In this document: positions 60,601 to 64,000 of the stretch, in pieces
Layout of the letters: the number at the start of each line of letters is the position of its first letter
How positions within the stretch are numbered: position 1 is the first letter of the stretch
Virus record (IMG/VR): IMGVR_UViG_3300030090_003700
Coordinates: 494-64,493 of that record
Origin: a virus
Taxonomy: Duplodnaviria; Caudoviricetes
Length of the DNA: 64,000 nt
Reading direction: 5' to 3' (one strand)
The notes under the pieces: model-generated
Told to the model about the DNA's origin: nothing
The model's database searches: none
Seen by the model: only the letters and a program-made list of their open reading frames with translations
Translations under genes and position numbers: made by a program

Positions 60601-62896
60601 AACGCATACGTGGAATTGGGATATAGCTAATAGCTCTGGAAGTTCTCCTTCTAATAAAATGCAATTAAACTCTTCTGGTAATCTTACTGTTGCAGGAAAT
60701 ATTATATTAGGTGATGGTCAGTATATACACCTTGGTGATAATCCAGATCTTAAAATATATCACAACGGATCACATAGCTTTATACAAGATACAGGTGCAG
60801 GTGATTTAAGATTTTTAGGAAGTACAATTAGATTACAAAGTACAACAGAAGAAAACATGCTTGTAGCTACTCCAGATGCAGGTGTAACACTCTACTATAA
60901 TAACTCAGCTAAATTTGAAACTTATAACGCTGGTGTTGGAGTAACAGGTAGTGCTTATTTAACATCTGGTAACCATATACATTTTGATAATGGCGTAAGT
61001 AATAATTACTATGTAAGAAAAACAGGTACTACATTAGAATTTAAAACAGGTGGTAGTTATAACTTTTTATCTGGTAATGCAGATTTTGCAGGTACTTTAC
61101 AATGGGGTAATGGAAAAGCTATTTTAACCTATGGTAGTGATAGAGGAATTATAAGAGCAGATCAGGTTTTAGAACTTCAAACAAACGCAACAAGCTCTCC
61201 CACAGCAGCGCTAACCCTAGATACATCTCAAAATGCAACTTTTGCAGGTGGTATTTCATATGCTGGCACTTTAACTTCTACGGGATCAACAACAATACCT
61301 ATATATGCTAGAAGCACCTCTAACGTATCTTATATACAAATACAAAATAGTGCTACTGGTTCTAATAGTGGCAATGATGGTTTAACTGTTGGTGTAAACG
61401 GAACTGCTGCTTATGTATGGAATAGAGAACAAGCTAATTTATATTTAGGAACAAATGATACTACAGCAGTAACTATTGATTCGTCACAAAATGCAACTTT
61501 TGCTGGTAATGTGTATATAGATGGGGATGATATATACTTAGGAGACGAAGAAACTCGTATAAAAACATATTCTACTTATTTAGGAATATTTGCAGCTGGA
61601 GGATCTGCTAAAGATGTAAAAGCCAAATCATTAACACTAACAAATGATTTTAATAATTCTGCTCCAACAAATGGGCTTTATGTTCAGGGAGATGCTAATT
61701 TTGGAGCTGATGTAACTATTGGTACTACTAGCTCAACTAAAGCATTAAAATTACCAAATAATAGTGAAATACAATTATTTAACACTAATGATGATAATAA
61801 GTTTACTATTAGAAATATTGGTTCTGCTCAAAATACTTTTGCTATTGAAACCAACGATGGTACAGATGCATTAACTATTTCTTCTCTTGGTAATGCAACT
61901 TTTGCGGGTGATATATTAGTAAACACTGCAACATCAGGTAGATATATTCAAATTGATCATAGTGATGATAGTTTAAAATTAGCTGATAATAATAAAATAA
62001 AAATAGGTACTAGTAATGATTTACAAATATATCACGAAGGTACAGATTCTATAATACAAAATTATACAGGAAGTATTTATGTTGATAATAATGCTGATAA
62101 CCAAGATATTGTATTTAGATGTGATGATGGGTCTGGTGGTCTTGCTACATATTTTAGAGTTGATGGTAGCGAAGTTGAAACTGGATTTCTAAAAACAACA
62201 CATCATTACGATAACATACAAGCAAGATTTGGTGATTCAGGAGATTTAAGAATATACCACGATGGTAGTAATAGTTATATAAGTGATACAGGAACAGGAG
62301 ATTTATTTATAAAAGCATCAAATGATATATACTTACAAGGTGCAAATAATGAATTTATGGCTGAGTTTTCAGAAAATGGCTCAGTAGATTTATATTATAA
62401 TGGCAGCAAAAAGTTTGAAACTACCGCCTCGGGTATTTCTGTTACTAATGGAATTACATTAGGCGGAACTGTTGCAGCAAGAACTATACCTTATGTAATA
62501 CACACGGGATGGGGTGATGATACATCAACTACAGCAAATAAAATTATACCATTAGGTAATTCAGTTACTGAGCAAAATGTTTCTGCTGCTGATGGGCAAC
62601 ATTTCTTTATTGCGCCTTATAATGGTAAAGTTCAAAAAATTATTATGAAAAATGTAGCTGGAACATTAAGTTCAAGTTTTACAACTGAATTAAAGCTTTA
62701 TATAAATGGTGCTAATGTAACAAGCAGTGGTGAATTAACAGCTTCAAGCAGTGCAATAACATGGGAACCAAGCTCTTCAAATACATTTAGTGCTGCTGAT
62801 GAAATATCATTAGTATATCAAAAAAGTGCAACAAGTAAGTATTGGAGAGAAGTTTCATTAACAATGGTATTAACAATGAACGGACAAGATATATAA
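57659..62896 (+). CDS. Long modular tail fibre
   Basis: 1745 aa G/T/S/N-rich; recurrent NATFAG and L.IYH.G..S.I.D.G.GDL modules. Confidence 0.8.
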   Translation: MAEFLHDLNIHGAGQIQFRTTAGANAGKIDQNGNDLVLSNAVGDIIIGNGSDDVFIGDGTNAVDIRFEQNMAIFADSSSTKTLTLGGSNTSLILESPTFNGTVTLGATTINNKLTFTTGTGYIVFDYEPSTGSNAEYSSEVPLLKVDHAGTEKTILSRLTNNAALAIGNDDTVAIVAGDTKAVIKDNWNYPNENVLFAAEGGFYAFGFPDNNVTWANRNVFQFRSESATASNNGLYIGDGGQTQFIDLDRNLKNIGTISSTGDVTITNGNIIFSSQYGIRFTDANTRIYTNTDSPEDLLVEADQDLLLTPDRYVGVNTTTPASVLHINTGSGTQNSNTVIIDRAGSSDYSGVSFATAGTVDWSIGQNSAGTFEVYEDGQDAQTRLTIASGGNATFAGDIAVGPKSNATVQVSESGNSTVKMLAGSVGRVGTYSNHNLNLMVNSNTALTLDTSQDALFASDVAVTAKLAVGATSVHASYDLYNQGTFYSNGAATINADLTVDAGSISISGDGSNAVTLTESGSGDFTIDAADDIRLDAGGGDIVLRDDGSEYARLTNESQTLVIKASTNDMDIKFNGFDNGTGITALKLDMSNAGEGQFNNSIRVPGEITKAGSTTFSIDLKDHSNYTWLRNEPGQWSFQSGTSGDDWTQSWQIYVPNVDSDGGNATFVELGQRHTNDTTGEFKGVKIVKRTGSGVVDGDFQAGATTVSDLTVTGNLTITGDINSYNVTDLDVSDKTITIGKGQTEANSGGSGIIVDGSSASILWDESNDTWDLNKGLDVAGNIHAQSNLSASGTLTINGHSTLGNATSDTTTINGSTILNKKAASGNTNIAIAQLKTADGSTTWNIGGSNTSYNDFMIWAPDKGVGNYFQINKSSGQVKIGADTSGSDLIVYGNATGERMFWDASESNLTINHDTDDAGLEIYTVASAQPTTHQVKIGRDNGQYLGIRVDDGRSYFVHRQDESGGSDNHHQSNQIWTDGGGTHTWNWDIANSSGSSPSNKMQLNSSGNLTVAGNIILGDGQYIHLGDNPDLKIYHNGSHSFIQDTGAGDLRFLGSTIRLQSTTEENMLVATPDAGVTLYYNNSAKFETYNAGVGVTGSAYLTSGNHIHFDNGVSNNYYVRKTGTTLEFKTGGSYNFLSGNADFAGTLQWGNGKAILTYGSDRGIIRADQVLELQTNATSSPTAALTLDTSQNATFAGGISYAGTLTSTGSTTIPIYARSTSNVSYIQIQNSATGSNSGNDGLTVGVNGTAAYVWNREQANLYLGTNDTTAVTIDSSQNATFAGNVYIDGDDIYLGDEETRIKTYSTYLGIFAAGGSAKDVKAKSLTLTNDFNNSAPTNGLYVQGDANFGADVTIGTTSSTKALKLPNNSEIQLFNTNDDNKFTIRNIGSAQNTFAIETNDGTDALTISSLGNATFAGDILVNTATSGRYIQIDHSDDSLKLADNNKIKIGTSNDLQIYHEGTDSIIQNYTGSIYVDNNADNQDIVFRCDDGSGGLATYFRVDGSEVETGFLKTTHHYDNIQARFGDSGDLRIYHDGSNSYISDTGTGDLFIKASNDIYLQGANNEFMAEFSENGSVDLYYNGSKKFETTASGISVTNGITLGGTVAARTIPYVIHTGWGDDTSTTANKIIPLGNSVTEQNVSAADGQHFFIAPYNGKVQKIIMKNVAGTLSSSFTTELKLYINGANVTSSGELTASSSAITWEPSSSNTFSAADEISLVYQKSATSKYWREVSLTMVLTMNGQDI

Positions 62897-62899
62897 ATT

Positions 62900-63394
62900 A
62901 TGGGATATTGGGAAAATTTAAATACAGATGAATTAAACATTAAAACTGACGGAAAAGTTAGATATGTTAATGGTGGATTAGAGCTAGTTCCTTGGATAGA
63001 AGGAACAGATGATCCTATATATACAGGGTGCATATCCGATTTATTAGAATTAGATTGGACAGGTTATCAATTATATTTAGTAGGAGGAGTTTTAGAAGGA
63101 TGGAGAACAACAGATATTGATATATGTATAACAGGAACAGTACAAAATAATTTATCTAGCTTAATGGAGCAAGCAGAAAAACTAGGACCATTTGATTTGT
63201 ATTATGTAAAATCATTAGAAGAAATTAGCGATCAAACAAGCAGGGTATGGGAATTTGCAAAACATAAAGATAAAAAAGGTTCTAAAACTGAGAGATGGCA
63301 TGGGCAATGGAAAAGCGACGGTTTATTTTGGATGTGTGAAAAATTTCCAGATAAAGGTAGAACTTATGATGCACAGCCTTTACTGTTAAATTAA
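62900..63394 (+). CDS. Putative minimal nucleotidyltransferase (Pol-beta superfamily)
   Basis: LYLVGGVLEGWRTTDIDICI matches hG[GS]x(n)DhD; later PFDLYY as third Asp. Confidence 0.55.
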   Translation: MGYWENLNTDELNIKTDGKVRYVNGGLELVPWIEGTDDPIYTGCISDLLELDWTGYQLYLVGGVLEGWRTTDIDICITGTVQNNLSSLMEQAEKLGPFDLYYVKSLEEISDQTSRVWEFAKHKDKKGSKTERWHGQWKSDGLFWMCEKFPDKGRTYDAQPLLLN

Positions 63395-63461
63395 TAAAAG
63401 TAAAAATTACGTAAAATACGTAATGATATAAACATAGTAATAACAATTAAAATTAAATTTT

Positions 63462-63728
63462 ATGGCAAAGAAAACAGATGATTTAAAAATCACAGACGAA
63501 GAATTACAAATAATTCAAGAAAAAGTACAACAAATCAATAATTTGCAAATGCAAGTTGGTGGTTTAGAAGTTCAAAAAGCTACTGCTTTAGGTTTTTTAA
63601 AACAAGCCCAAGCAGAGCTAGGTAAGACTCAGGAAATGCTGGAAGAAAAATATGGTAAAGTTTCAGTTAATTTAACTGACGGTACTATAAAAGAAATTGA
63701 AGAAGATGAGCCTAATAAGGAAGATTAG
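63462..63728 (+). CDS. Coiled-coil protein
   Basis: 88 aa heptad-rich, ends LEEKYGKVSVNLTDGTI. Confidence 0.65.
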   Translation: MAKKTDDLKITDEELQIIQEKVQQINNLQMQVGGLEVQKATALGFLKQAQAELGKTQEMLEEKYGKVSVNLTDGTIKEIEEDEPNKED

Positions 63729-63924
63729 TATTGGTAGAGATTATAAAAATGATGCAATGCACTATGCTGTTGGCCAAGAAGTATACGGCGGGCATACCAT
63801 ATGCGATATAATTGAACAGGAAAATAAATTTTCTATATTGATTAAAAAAGGTAAAGATGTTTTACCTTGGAAAGATTTTAATAAGAATATGGCAGTTTCT
63901 GTTGAATATAATTTAGAGTATTAA
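63706..63924 (+). CDS. Conserved hypothetical protein
   Basis: MSLIRKISIGRDYKNDAMHYAVGQ; coupled to next ORF. Confidence 0.65.
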   Translation: MSLIRKISIGRDYKNDAMHYAVGQEVYGGHTICDIIEQENKFSILIKKGKDVLPWKDFNKNMAVSVEYNLEY

Positions 63925-64000
63925 TGCAAAGTTTATTTGATTTTATAATTAAACCAAAAAAAGAAAGATACGAAAATATAAAACAAATTGGTGATCAGGA
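63924..64000 (+). CDS. 5' end of GroES-like/conserved protein (truncated by window end)
   Basis: MQSLFDFIIKPKKERYENIKQIGDQ resembles GroES first strand; open to window end. Confidence 0.5.
   Translation, partial: MQSLFDFIIKPKKERYENIKQIGDQ

Noticed and set aside
57659-62896. Diversity-generating retroelement or invertase-driven fibre switching
   Set aside because: No reverse transcriptase, TR/VR pair, recombinase or inverted cassettes seen

Overview
This AT-rich window holds a nearly complete genome of a lytic tailed phage, probably a podovirus-like, distantly crAss-related phage of marine Bacteroidota (Flavobacteria). The + strand carries packaging, head and tail genes, a 2696-aa injected polyprotein, a block of secreted/outer-membrane proteins and lysis genes (1-29.7 kb). 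The - strand carries nucleotide metabolism, replication, recombination, a sigma factor, an initiator tRNA and many small early genes (29.7-46.5 kb). A second + strand arm encodes GroEL/GroES, small basic proteins, a holin and tail fibres (46.9-64 kb). The two window ends appear to be halves of one gene, so the genome is probably circularly permuted and only slightly longer than the window; no DNA polymerase or integrase is recognisable. Five observations stand out. (1) The ThyA homologue has Asp at the Asn specificity position, the dCMP-modifying signature, and lies next to a MazG-like pyrophosphatase, suggesting a cytosine-modification pathway. (2) A ~470-nt structured non-coding element with paired ends sits between a TraR/DksA-like gene and tRNA-fMet. 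(3) A lipoprotein-like ORF is overprinted inside terL. (4) The polyprotein's zincin, HAD and nuclease-like modules are separated by repeated [FY]SDS linkers. (5) Three families of repeated cis-elements recur. All functional calls come from motif recognition by eye; no database searches were run.
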